Under the pieces are notes generated by a model, which had not been told where the DNA came from, ran no database searches, and was given only the letters and a program-made list of their open reading frames with translations. DNA of 64,000 bases from Sarea resinae (lineage: Eukaryota), in the NCBI GenBank assembly GCA_026026165.1, contig JAPEUD010000100.1, positions 1-64,000 on the forward strand, given 5' to 3'. Position numbers and translations under genes: made by a program. This document shows positions 25,648-36,087 of the stretch, piece by piece. Each line of letters begins with the position of its first letter. The stretch's first letter is position 1.

Positions 25648-26246
25648 GATGAAGAACTATATGATTGATATCTGATATATGTGTGCTGTGAAAGGAGCAG
25701 ATGTCTGTGGCGATGGTGATGATGATGATTTGAATGAGATGTTGAGTTCCTTAAATATTCAATCTTGAGCGTCTTCATTGCGACATCATTGATAGCAACC
25801 CCGCTCGGACTTCGCCCGTACAGAATCATATCCCCTGTGCCTATTCCTTGTGCTCTGCAGATCTGCCGCCGGAGAAAGACCTTGACCTTTAACCCCTGAC
25901 TATAATCGGCACTTTTCCATCTTCCACCAACATGCCGCCTTGTGCTCCTCCTTCTCAGTGACATTAACGTCTCCGTGTCGGATATCGGCAGTCATTGCAC
26001 CCTTACACCATTGCGCCATTGAAGCATGCAGCATTCCCACCCCGTGAAGTTCCATGGACGTTGGTACGCTGATTGCATCGTCGTGGGTCTCCACCTGGCC
26101 ATGCCGACACTTGCCTAGCGAGCGGCATCAGAAGCGACAACCTCACTAGCTCCCGGACGCCTCCCACGCTTCCCGCTCCTCCCACTCCGCCCACTACCTA
26201 CGCCGGTACATCACCGCTATCTTCTCTTCTCCCCCCTCTCCTGAAT

Positions 26247-26349
26247 TTTCTCTCTCTCCTCTCTCGCTCCCTCTCTCCTCTCTCGCTCCCTCTCTCCTCT
26301 CTCGCTCCCTCTCTCCTCTCTCGCTTCCTCTCTCCCTCTCTCCTCTCTC
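26247..26349. repeat. CT-rich ~20-bp tandem repeat (polypyrimidine tract)
   Basis: About 4-5 copies of a CTCTCTCCTCTCTCGCTCCC-like unit just upstream of the Zn2Cys6 ATG. Confidence 0.8.
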
Positions 26350-26402
26350 AAGCCTCGAAGCCGCCGGCTGCCGCTTTGCCAAGCTGGAATGCGTAATGCG
26401 CA

Positions 26403-28638
26403 ATGCGCAACCCCATCGCCTGTGTTGGTTGCCGGCGGGCAAAGCACCGCTGCATCCACCGGGGGAGTCCGCCGTGTGATAGATGTGTTGCCGCCGGACG
26501 GGCGGACTCGTGCCGATTCCCGCCGCAAGGCACATCGGCCATCCATCGTCTATCGATGAAACAGCTGCTCAACAGTCAAAATGGGCAGCGACCATCACCA
26601 GAGGCCCTTTCGTCAACATCATCATCCATTGCCAATGCCGCTGCCATCACTGCCGTTTCCGGTGCCGGTGCCGAGGCCGAGGCGGACAATCCCCGACTCC
26701 GTGCATCCGTCGATGAAGCTGGGCCACAGGCGACACCGCGCAGTAATGATAATGATCGAGCTCGGCATGAGGGCTCCTCCTCTGCCCACCCGGGTTTGGA
26801 GCTGCAGATGGGAAATCCGCTGCAGCTGCTAACCGACGAAGTGAAAACCAGCTATCTCCGATGCTCGTACAAATGGTGTTTCCACCACCGGCCGACACTG
26901 CTCCAACAATTCTACAGAGGCAATCTCGACGACTGGCTGCTCTGGGCAATCCTTGCGCTTGCCACCAGGTCAGTAGTGCTGTCGGGTCCAGTCTGCTTCT
27001 ACTGATCGAATGCAGATTCAGCCGACCAGTTCCAGGACAGGCACTCTCCCCTTCCGAAATCAGCAACATCTACGCGTCACGGGCTCGAGAGACTATTCAA
27101 GCCGAGATTGGAACAGCAAGCTTGAGCAGGATCCAATCGCTCTTGTTGCTCACAGGCCACGATTGGGGAGCCGGGAACGGCCGCCGAGCATGGCTCTATC
27201 TCGGTATGGCCATTCGGATGGTTCAGATCCTAGATCTCTGGGAAGAAGACACACGGCCTGCCGATTCATGGTCCAGTCAGGAGTTCATCGTCGCCGAGGC
27301 ACGCCGGCGAACCGCATGGACGTGTTTCCTGATCGAGAGCCTCCTGAGCGGAGGAAAAGGACGAAAGCGGACCCTAACTTCGAAGGACATGCTCATCCAA
27401 CTGCCTTGTGACGATGAGTCTTTTGTCTTTGGCTCTCCCGTCGTGTGTGAGAGACTGGACGGTTCAGTTGCTGGAGCTCCCCGTTCAAAGCCGATCGGCC
27501 AGCTGGGAATCCTGGCATACTCGATCCGAGTGGCCGATATCTGGGGGGATATTGCTTCCTGGGCTTGCTCTAACACGGTCGACTGCCAGAAACCTTGGGA
27601 TGAAACGTCGGAGTTCCACCAAATCAATCGTTCGTTGGAGGCATGGAAATTTTCCCTACCAGGACGTTTACGATATAGTTCTGCTAATCTGCACGCCCAC
27701 AGCTCACTTGAGCGCGGCCAATCGTTTTGCTATATGCATTCGATATACTTCATGTCTCTAATTTTCCTGCACCGCGCATACCTACCTCCCTCCGCTCTGC
27801 CAAAGAGTCAAGGTCCTTCAACGTCAAATGTAGTTCTCTCAGCAAAGATCCAGGACTATCGAGCCAACCAGCAGTGGTACGAGAGTTCGAGTCATCAGCT
27901 ATTCACTGTTGCCGCTGCCGTCTGTGACATGATCAGAGATCTGAAGACATTTGGGCTCCAATTCCTTCGAGGTCTCGTACCGTGGATTGGATTCACGGTC
28001 TACACTGCCACCGGTGTGATGCTCTATCTGCACAAGTTCCCCTCCGCGGATGGAGACGCTGACCTGGTCAATGCGTCGCGACAAAGAGCGCTGAACGGGA
28101 GTGCTTTTCTCAAAGAAATGCACACCCAATGGCCCATGGCGCAGCAGTGGGTATGTCTCCAAGCTGGCTACCCTTACATCGGCTGATCACTTTCAGTTTG
28201 AAAATCTTCAACGAATACAGGCTTTTTACAATTCGATACGGTCCGACAATATCGTCACGCCTGCCGAGCACAGCGCCGTGAAATCAGCCATGGTCGACTA
28301 CGGCGCCCTCCAGCCATCGCCAGTGTCTCAGCGAAACGATTCACCGCTCCGGTCACTCGGAGGAGATTCGGTACGTGATGAACATTGGAACGAGATGGAT
28401 TTGATTGTGACCTGACGAAATGACAAAGGCCTCCCCACCCATATCGGCCACCCGCACGGAGGATATCGTCCTGGAGAGCATACCGCAGGCATTGACTGAT
28501 GAGATGGACACGGCGGACTCCAGTCTCTTCGACTTTGACGCCTACGATAACAATCTGGATTTCCAACAGCTTCTTGCCGACGCCACGCAGGAGTTTTGGG
28601 CCAGCTTTCCCGGCGAGGTGGATCTGGGGATCGTGTGA
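26403..28638 (+). CDS. Zn(II)2Cys6 transcription factor with fungal-specific TF domain
   Basis: ACVGCRRAKHRCIHRGSPPCDRC...SC; middle homology region AWLYLGMAIRM...EARRRTAWTCF; acidic C-terminus; introns near 26969-27016, 28151-28196 and 28371-28428. Confidence 0.9.
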
Positions 28639-28899
28639 TTTGTATACTATACGTGATACCAAAGCTTTCTTCGAAACCAACGAACTGTAAGATGTAGAGA
28701 CGCATAATCCACTCACCAAAAAAGACGAGTCCTTGGTAATTTCCCTCAGCGAATTTCCCCACGTTAGCGTGCAGACGCGCTGGCCCCCCCCCCCCTCCCC
28801 CCCCTCCTTTGAGACGGGATTCAAACACGTAGCGATCGGTCCGCATCCTCACTGCCGTTTGCACCCTGTCCTTTACGCCGCACTTTTGCACGCCGTAAG

Positions 28900-29460
28900 G
28901 TGCTCCCTATAGCCTTTGTGAATTCCTACACTGTGAAAAAGAAGAGAGTCGTTAGTACATATCTGTGGCTCTCTTTAGTACTGTCGACGTTTTACGTGTA
29001 CTGTATGGTATGGTGTAGTCCTGGTATAATCTACTAGAATTGAATTCTACTTATAGGCTTAGAGGCTTATATTATAGTCAGGCAAAGAATGTGTGTAGAG
29101 AAAATTTCTATTTTACATATATAGGTAGATCAGAAGAGGGGTTAGGTTAGGTTAGGTATTCTAGTGTGTGACAAAGAAAAATAGTTAGATAGTGGTATAC
29201 TGTATAGATACTAGGTAGGTAGGTAGGTAGGTAGGTACCTAGGTAGGTAAGGTAAGTCTTTATCTAAGGTAGCCTTTGATTTAGCTTATCTATAAGTAGA
29301 GTCTAGAGTCTATTAAAGAGGATAAGGAAAAGTAATGATTCTAGACTAAAGTGTTAGAATAAACAAGAAAGTAGAGTTTAAGAGAAGCATCTAATAAGCG
29401 CCTATAAATAAATTAGGTCGTTGCTCTTAGCTAGTTCCAAGAGATACTAAAAGCAGTAAA
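28900..29460. repeat. AT-rich, TpA-rich degenerate segment with (TTAGG)n and (TAGG)n; possible RIP-mutated relic
   Basis: Sharp GC drop, no ORF, many TA dinucleotides; GGTTAGGTTAGGTTAGG ~29139-29156; (TAGG)n ~29212-29250; poly-C ~28784-28804 just upstream. Confidence 0.5.
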
Positions 29461-29525
29461 CAAATCATCCACGCGTCTTCCACATCCTCCAAACCCTCCA
29501 GTCCATAGAGATCGATCTAGCGCCT

Positions 29526-31249
29526 TCAGATCTGATCCACACTACTCCGGTCGCCTAGGTATCGCCCCCACACGTCTTCGATATCGTTGCGATATATCCA
29601 CGGCAGCGCCTCGTCGCCCCCAAGCGATGCCAACTTGACCTGAAGGCGCGCCTCGAAGGTTTCGGTTGGAGTAGCGCCGTGTGCCTCTTGCACCTTTTGC
29701 TTCTGGCCGTCGAGGTATTGGTACCTGGATCTGTGTTAGCTGGATGGAAACTCCAATGTTTTGGTTTGCTTCAAACCGACATCCGCAGGTAATAGGGCGA
29801 CCGGATGGTGTCGAATATCTCGAGGGCGTTTGTGAGTGGTTCGCGAGAAGAGCGGGTGTGCTCGATGGCTCGAGCTAGGATCCAGCCGTCTTCTAGAGCG
29901 AAGGCGGCGCCGGAGCCGAAAGCGCCTGTGGAAGGGCACGATGAGTCAGTGGTCGTTACTTCGTGGACTTCTTTTGCGAGCGCCGTCCGTCGCGGAGACC
30001 TTGGCCTTGAACTTGGAGGACCCGCCGTGAAGCCAGTTTTGTGTTGCACGTACCTGAGAGCGGGTGGCTGGCGTCGCCTATCAACACGACCTTGTCCCAC
30101 GCCGTGAGCTTCTCCAGTCTGGGACCCGCGAACGCGGAGAACTCTCTCCATTGGCCCTCTGGGACCTGCGCTAGCGCGTCTCGGACTCTGGGGTCGTAGT
30201 CCTAGGGGGCCCGCGTCAATCGTTGTTCTTCCCACGAAACCGCTCGCCCTGACTGACCGTGAAGTGCGACTGGACTCTTTCGTTCGTGGCCGGGATTCCC
30301 CAGCTGAGTCTCTTACCGACCACTGTCTCGGGATCGACCGTGTTCCTCGCTGCAATCTCGAACAGTCTTTCTGATTCGCCGACTTCGGCTGGGTTGTCCA
30401 CTGGACAGAAGAAAACATGGCCGGCAGGACCGTGCCACCATGAGGTCGCGGAAGGGAGATCGGGGATGTGTGCAACCGCCGTGGCTGGAATCAGGACCCG
30501 CCAGACGGTTGTGCCTAAGCGCGACACCTATTCAGTTGGAGGCAGCTGGCCAACACTACTTGAGACGGACCTGTGAACTTGATACTGTGGTCGGGAAAGA
30601 TGTTTTCTCTCACGACCTTGAAAGCTGTGTTAGAGAGCAACTTTCTATGCCTAGCAGGGTAGCCACTTATGCACCGAGCGGATCCCGTCTGCTCCAACTA
30701 CCAGATCTACAATGGTCTCCGTCCCGTCCTGGAACACGAGTCGCACACCTCCCTGCTCGAGGTTTTCCAGCGACACGAGGCGTTTGTTCAGTTGGATGAT
30801 GCCGCGCGGGACCTTGGAGAGAAGCGCGGATTGAAGACGAGTCCTTCTGACCCGCTGAGGATGATATTGGATGGGCAGCGACGAAACGCCCGTGGCACCG
30901 ACCACGTGTCCGTTCAAGCCATTCCTATCGCACCACCACGTCAGCTTGATTCTGCTCCTCGTGGCAAGTGGGTGCGGGGCGCGGGAGGCCCCTACCGATG
31001 GACGACTGCATCTTTCCGGTGGCCTTTGACTCTGTCGGCCGCGCCCAGCAGCTCCAGCATCTTCCAGCAGTTGTATCCGATGCGGATGCCCGCTCCAATC
31101 TCTCGCAGCTCTTTGGCTTGCTCATACAGAGAGATCTCGACGTTTGGGAGGGCGGAGAGCGCAATTGCTGCACCAAGTCCGCCTGGACCTCCGCCGCAGA
31201 TGGCGATCCGGAGCTTTTCAGGCTGCTGTCGCAGTTGTTGGCCTACCAT
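29526..31249 (-). CDS. Salicylate hydroxylase-like FAD-dependent monooxygenase (about 7 exons)
   Basis: IAICGGGPGG; EQAKELREIGAGI; DLVVGADGIRS; spliced exon DYDPRVR...WREFSAFAGPRL...KVVLIGDASHPLS|GAFGSGAAFALEDG; stop at 29526. Confidence 0.85.
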
Positions 31250-31970
31250 TTTCGCTACCTCTGAATTGCAGCTATGCCGAGAGGATCAGATATGAGGGGC
31301 TTCGCGTTTTGCTTCTCGAGGCGGGGCTAGCGAGGACATCAAATACTTTGAACGGCGGCAGGGAATAGACAACCGATGCGGTTGATGATATGACGTGCTT
31401 TAGACAATCTATCGCGTGCATGAAGTGTATCTCGCAGATCATTAAGCCATCGCAGATCTGACATGTCCTCCGCAAAGAGCACCACGAATGCAAGCGTGAA
31501 AGGGCGGATGCCTTCATGATGAGAGAACAGGAGAATGACAGAATGACAGGATGAGACATTGAGAGACCAAAAGAACGACATATGAATCGACCAATAGTAG
31601 ATTACCGATGCTGGAGACGTTGAGAAGTGGTGATGTATGACAGGAGTAAATGGTCTGCCATAGCTAACAGAATAGGATCAAGACGCGAAGGACGGGAAGA
31701 GTCTTGGTCCTTGTAAAGATGGATCGCATTACAAAGTGGTGAAGGTCACCGCCATTTCAGTTCCTCGGGCTGCTAGGAGCGAAGATAGGGAACGCAACAA
31801 CGGTGCGACCACTGACATGACCACGCTGAGCAACGTTTAGCGGATGACAATCCACACTTCTACTACGCCCCTCAGCTTCGTGATTTGACTTGGACTTCCT
31901 TTGCGCAAGTGCCTTGGGGTGGGGAATTCAATCAGGGTTGTCATGCTCTAGGCAGTGACATGGAGCCATC

Positions 31971-32067
31971 AACCCTAACCCTGGGTCCCTGACCTTGTCT
32001 TACCTTTCGGCAACGGTTAGGGTTAGGGTTAAGAAGAAATCGAGTCTAGGGTGATACGAACCCTAGA
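31971..32067. repeat. Interstitial telomere-like TTAGGG motifs arranged as inverted repeats
   Basis: AACCCTAACCCT (31971-31982) pairs with AGGGTTAGGGTT (32019-32030); TCTAGGGT (32045-32052) pairs with ACCCTAGA (32060-32067). Confidence 0.75.
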
Positions 32068-32920
32068 TACGAGTAAATATAGAGGGCAACTACCAAATTG
32101 CTTGCTCTAAGAATGCGGCTGAGGTCGGTCCTCGGCCTTGTGTTGGGCAGCACTAACAGGTCCTGACGCCAGGCAATAATGCCACTACGTCGATGGAAGA
32201 TGCTGAGAATAGACGTCTCTAACGTGGTTTGTTGGTGATGGCAGTTGCTGACTCGAGCGGATCCAACTCGCCACCGCAACACTTGCACTTCTTCTACAAG
32301 CGAGATCGTGTCAAGGCGGTCAGTCAACAAAACGAGCTGCGCAGAGCCTGGAGGTGTCGGTACTGCTCTGCTAGGCGATTCTTACCATCAGGGCCAAGTA
32401 CCTCGACTTGGGGGCCTCACTAAACTGATGGTTCCTGACCCGCGCGTGGCTGGCTGTGCTGCGCTGTGCTCGTATCCGTTCGAGGTAACCGTCGTATTTG
32501 GCCGCACCTAAGCCAATCATCCCCGGCCTATTCCATTCCCCGACGCGATCTCGTCTTTATAGCGTCGGCCAGCCCTACAGGAGCTCGAGACTCTTGATGC
32601 GGCCGCCATCCATCGGGGCTATGTCGCTGGCCCTGTCGATCGATGGTGCGTGCAAGCACAGTCAGTCTGACATCTCGTACCCTCATCCAGTCAGATCGAA
32701 GCTGGAGTCAATTGCATTCCATAACGGTCTCTCGTAGTCTTGGCCGCTTCTTCGTTGCGCGAGAGATAAAAAGGCACGCTTCGCACGCTTCAATATCTTT
32801 CTGATTCAAAGTCACTTCACTCAGCCCAACCAAGCCAAGCCAGTGCCATATCTGTCTACCTTTCGCTCTCCTTCATAACAAAAGACACGAAATCATCCTC
32901 TCACGAAGACAACATCAATC

Positions 32921-33367
32921 ATGCACGCCTTCAGTATCCTCTTTTCCTTTGTCGCGGCGGCCACGGCTGTCAGCGCGCTCGACTACGATGTGGTTGCGGC
33001 TATATCCGACCCGCTCAAGTGAGTGATCCCCCAGACTCCCTGACAAGATCTATGGGCAGAATCCTGACTGACTGATGGGTCCACCAGCGCCGCAAACCCC
33101 ATCGCGTATCCGAATGACGACAGCCCTTGCTGCAGCAATCCCGAGTCTCTGAGCGGGAGCAGCTTCTGTGGCTCGCAGTTCACCATCGGCTCAGACAGCA
33201 ACCTGACGTTTGCTGGATGTGGAAGCGGCGCGCTTTCGCCGCCGACCCAGCTCCTCCAGGCCGATGTCGTCGTCGCAACCTGCAGCAACTACACCACGAA
33301 TTGGATGTGTAATGGCTGCTCCAGTCCCAGTTCGACCTACTACAAGGGCGTCGTTATCTGTAGTTGA
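32921..33367 (+). CDS. Small secreted cysteine-rich protein (125 aa, 8 Cys)
   Basis: Signal peptide MHAFSILFSFVAAATAVSA; intron GTGAGT...CAG 33019-33087; exon 2 is open to YYKGVVICS*. Not in the ORF track. Confidence 0.8.
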
Positions 33368-33841
33368 AGCGCACACTTGGTGGACATGGCTCGCGCAACA
33401 CGTTCATGTGATAGCGCAGGGAAGTGGTGGCATTTGGGAGCGTGTAAATTAAAACAAGAGATACGGATTAGAGATTAAGCAGCCCGGACAATGAAAGAAG
33501 CGTTAGGAGTTCGCCATAGGGAGTTTCACGACGTTGTAATTGATGTCGGCGTCAATAGTTTACTGTAGCTTGTTTCCGTAAAAGAATGATAATTCACCTG
33601 GATAATAAACTACGGCCAATGGCAATCGCGTGCAATTCAGGAATTAATTCCGCACAGCGAAAGCGGATGATGCTTGGTCAATGACGACACAGGGTCCTGT
33701 CAATCTGCCGATCGCCTGAACGGGTAAAGCGTGTGGCGCGACTTGCCGGCGACTTCATTTCATTGCGATTGCTTCGGAAGCCGACCTTTGATAGCATCGA
33801 TACGACCTACAGAACCTTATGAATACGAGTCGAAGCCGATC

Positions 33842-35439
33842 ATGGGATCCAAGACACCAGATGATCATCGTCGAGGTCCAAATGGTATGGGAAAGAATAA
33901 TTAGCTTGGCGTTGTAAGCTTCGTTGACACCTTGAGTAGACTCATCGGCACGCGATGCAATTGCTGCCGTCAATCCTCCTAAGTCAGCTGCAGCAAGTGG
34001 ACTCCTTCCTGGTGCACTCGAAGGGGAAGACGAGGATGGAGATGATGATGACGACGACAAGATGGGAGCCGATCTGAAGTCCGGTGGTCATCCCAACAAT
34101 AGTAAGCCAACTTGAAGCTCATACACACTAGAAGCTAAACCCAGAAGGCAAGAAGAAGAAAAGAAAGAGCAACAAGAAGAAGAAAAAGAAAGCGCTGGCT
34201 GGAGAGCAGACGACTCCTCCGAGGGTAGCTCTCACCAATCTCTTTCACGATCGGCCGTATCCACAGGGTGAGATTGTAAATTATGTCACCGACAATGACA
34301 ATCTTGAGCGTACCACGGCTGAAGAAATTCGTCATCTATCCGTCGTGAATAACATGGATGACGAGTTCCTGAATGACTATCGCAAAGCTGCCGAAGTCCA
34401 TCGCCAGGTCCGCCAGTATGTGCAGACGATTGCAAAGCCCGGCATTTCCATGAGCCAGCTTGCCCAAGAGATTGAGGATGGCGTTCGGGCACTGATCAAC
34501 CACCAAGGCTTTGAGACCGGCGATGCTCTCAAAGCCGGCATGGGATTTCCGACTGGGCTCTGCTTGAACAACGTAGCTGCTCACTGGACTCCCAATCCTG
34601 GGGCCAAGGAGGTCATCCTCCAGTACGACGATGTCCTGAAAGTGGATTTCGGCGTCCATGTCAGCGGCAGGATTGTCGATAGCGCCTTTACCGTGGCCTT
34701 TAATCCCGTCTACGATAATCTGCTCGCGGCTGTCAAGGCAGCTACCAATACTGGGCTCAAGGTAAGCGAAATGGCCCTGAATGGCGTCTGCAAAGCTAAA
34801 TCAACGCCCAGGAATCTGGCGTCGAGTCCCGGATAGACCACATCAGTGAAGCAATCCAAGAAGTAATGGAGAGCTACGAAGTCGAGCTCAACGGCAAGAT
34901 CATCCCTGTCAAAGCGGTCCGGAACATTACCGGCCATAACATCCTGCGCTACAAGATCCACGGCGACAAACAAGTCCCGTTTGTCAAAACTCAAACCAGC
35001 CAGCGCATGGAAGAAGGCGATGTATTCGCCATCGAAACCTTTGGCAGCACGGGCAAAGCCTATGTCAGAGATGACGTCGGCGTCTACGGTTACGGGCGCA
35101 ACGAGCATGCCAGCACCACTGGTCTTCACTACGCGTCCGCCAAGTCGCTTCTGAAGACGATCGATGAGAACTTCGGAACTCTCGTCTTCTCCCGACGGTA
35201 CCTCGAGCGTATTGGGGTGAAGAACTATCACCTCGGCATGAGGTCGCTCGTCTCTAATGGCCTCGTCGACTCTTACGGACCGCTGGTCGATGTTCCTGGC
35301 TCCTATGTCGCCCAGTTCGAGCATGTGAGTATAGTCCCCGCGTTGAAGACCGCGGAATCTGCTGACGCGATCTTCGGAATAGACCGTTCTGCTCCGGCCC
35401 AATTGCAAGGAGGTGATCTCCCGAGGCGACGACTACTAA
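33842..35439 (+). CDS. MAP2: Methionine aminopeptidase type 2 (likely a secondary paralogue)
   Basis: Acidic/poly-Lys N-terminus; [21 protein letters not shown]; metal ligands in KVDFG, IVDSAFT, TGHNI, AIETFG and AQFEH; ends [10 protein letters not shown]; four introns. Confidence 0.93.
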
Positions 35440-36087
35440 GGCAACATGGGAGATTGGGGATGTAAATTGATATGAGGGATGACTAGCTGAATTTGATTTG
35501 ATTCTCTTTGGCCCGGACTTCAACAGTCACGGAAAGCGCCTCGGTAAAGCAGTTCAACACGCCTTACTTTGTAGTAGCAGATCTTGCGCTAGTAACACTC
35601 TTTCAAACCGCGCTTTCAAAAATCAAACACTGTTGTAGTTTATTGCCTTGAGGTCCTGCGAGATATAGTTAGCCCGCGCTGTTTTTAAAAAGAGGCGCTG
35701 CTATATAGTCAGTAAACAGGTATAATCTACCTCAGACAACCCAGGGATTCTGATAGTCTTTTTAGCGTATAGAAGAACAGATTCCCTGTAAGGTCCAGTA
35801 GATACCTAGGCAAACCTGTTCCTACGTGAGCCATCCAAAAAGGCTACTTTGACCCGGCTCGTCCGGGCGATACCTATTTGCCTGCTATAGTAGTACAGTG
35901 CTCCTTACAGATAGTCTGTGATAAATGGCTTCTTTTAGACCAGAGATAGTGTGTGTTTAGCGGACATTACATACGAATCTACCTATTATATGGCTCTCTT
36001 ACTTAGAGGTCTGTGATCTATCTTAGACATGATGTAGGGATTGTATTAGAGCTCTTCCTAGGGCTAACAAGACACTATCAAGAAACC

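Noticed and set aside
29139..29256. True telomere or chromosome end
   Set aside because: Repeats are TTAGG/TAGG, short, and flanked by genes on both sides
29526..31249. Monooxygenase pseudogene suggested by fragmented ORFs
   Set aside because: The fragments join in frame through plausible introns and all FAD motifs are recovered
31300..32900. Telomerase RNA gene suggested by CCCTAA motifs
   Set aside because: The motifs occur on both strands and exceed the ~1.5-repeat template length; I could not identify a pseudoknot or CR4/5 by eye. A covariance-model search would be needed
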